Source: Monocercomonoides exilis PA203
Lineage: Eukaryota > Protista > Preaxostyla
Reading direction: 5' to 3'
Assembly (NCBI GenBank): GCA_001643675.2
Contig: LSRY02000055.1
Span: 496,001 to 560,000 of the forward strand
Length of the DNA: 64,000 bases
How positions within the stretch are numbered: position 1 is the stretch's first letter; each line of letters opens with the position of its first letter. Below, one piece after another: positions 63,501 to 64,000 of the stretch. The position numbers and the translations under genes are program-made. Under the pieces are notes generated by a model, which ran no database searches, was not told the DNA's origin, and worked only from the letters and a program-made list of their open reading frames with translations.

Positions 63501-64000
63501 AATTGCTTCTGTGCCTGCAACTTCGAATAATTCTGAATTATTATCATCAGATTTAAGTCCAATTGCTTCTGTGCCTGCAACTTCGAATAATTCTGAATTA
63601 TTATCATCAGATTTAAGTCCAATTGCTTCTGTGCCTGCAACTTCGAATAATTCTGAATTATTATCATCAGATTTAAGTCCAATTGCTTCTGTGCCTGCAA
63701 CTTCGAATAATTCTGAATTATTATCATCAGATTTAAGTCCAATTGCTTCTGTGCCTGCAACTTCGAATAATTCTGAATTATTATCATCAGATTTAAGTCC
63801 AATTGCTTCTGTGCCTGCAACTTCGAATAATTCTGAATTATTATCATCAGATTTAAGTCCAATTGCTTCTGTGCCTGCAACTTCGAATAATTCTGAATTA
63901 TTATCATCAGATTTAAGTCCAATTGCTTCTGTGCCTGCAACTTCGAATAATTCTGAATTATTATCATCAGATTTAAGTCCAATTGCTTCTGTGCCTGCAA
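57567..64000 (+). CDS. Spliced gene (3' end outside the window): basic N-terminal domain followed by at least 101 copies of LSSDLSPIASVPATSNNSEL
   Basis: Exon 1 from ATG 57567 (or 57495) to 57750. Intron GTTTGT...TATAG at 57751-57838, phase 1 (T|CT = Ser). Exon 2 reads IPKKHYNEIDINSDSESTES and continues in frame, without stops, through the array. Confidence 0.65.
57893..64000. repeat. 60-bp tandem array: 101 complete identical units from 57901 plus a partial unit, running off the window
   Basis: Unit TTATCATCAGATTTAAGTCCAATTGCTTCTGTGCCTGCAACTTCGAATAATTCTGAATTA. No variant unit seen. Confidence 0.99.

Noticed and set aside
57872-64000. 2042-aa minus-strand ORF
   Set aside because: It is purely a by-product of a stop-free 60-bp unit; a random 20-codon frame is open roughly one time in three. 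It ends just outside the array, whereas the plus frame connects to unique exons.
57901-64000. CRISPR array
   Set aside because: No variable spacers, no cas genes, eukaryotic context.

Overview
This is AT-rich eukaryotic DNA with short spliceosomal introns and the standard genetic code. The giant Cys/Gly-rich receptor-pseudokinase family and the Ser/Glu microsatellite-rich genes suggest an oxymonad protist such as Monocercomonoides (inference only). Most of the window is decayed genes and repeats. Main contents: (1) a ~2,900-aa single-pass surface receptor with a C-terminal pseudokinase (13025-21914, minus strand), with a predicted signal exon and one frameshift, plus several decayed paralog fragments. 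(2) A disrupted virus/plasmid-type Prim-Pol + SF3 (DUF5906/NrS-1-like) helicase gene (7678-10019) bracketed by degenerate inverted repeats, with a small basic ORF next to it. (3) Two ~3.9-kb elements with co-varying 13-bp TIRs and TA flanks that carry unrelated host-gene fragments. (4) Two ~400-bp TIR elements with 8-bp TSDs that share an unusual layout: scattered TTAGGG motifs, then a Pol III-type (A-box/B-box/oligo-T) structured RNA unit. (5) A ~267-bp GGG-ended MITE family whose empty site is visible in the window, plus several foldback or inverted duplications. (6) At least 101 identical 60-bp repeats at the right end. These appear to be the second exon of a spliced plus-strand gene (LSSDLSPIASVPATSNNSEL)n rather than the minus-strand ORF in the track. 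All calls were made by eye; no database search was run.
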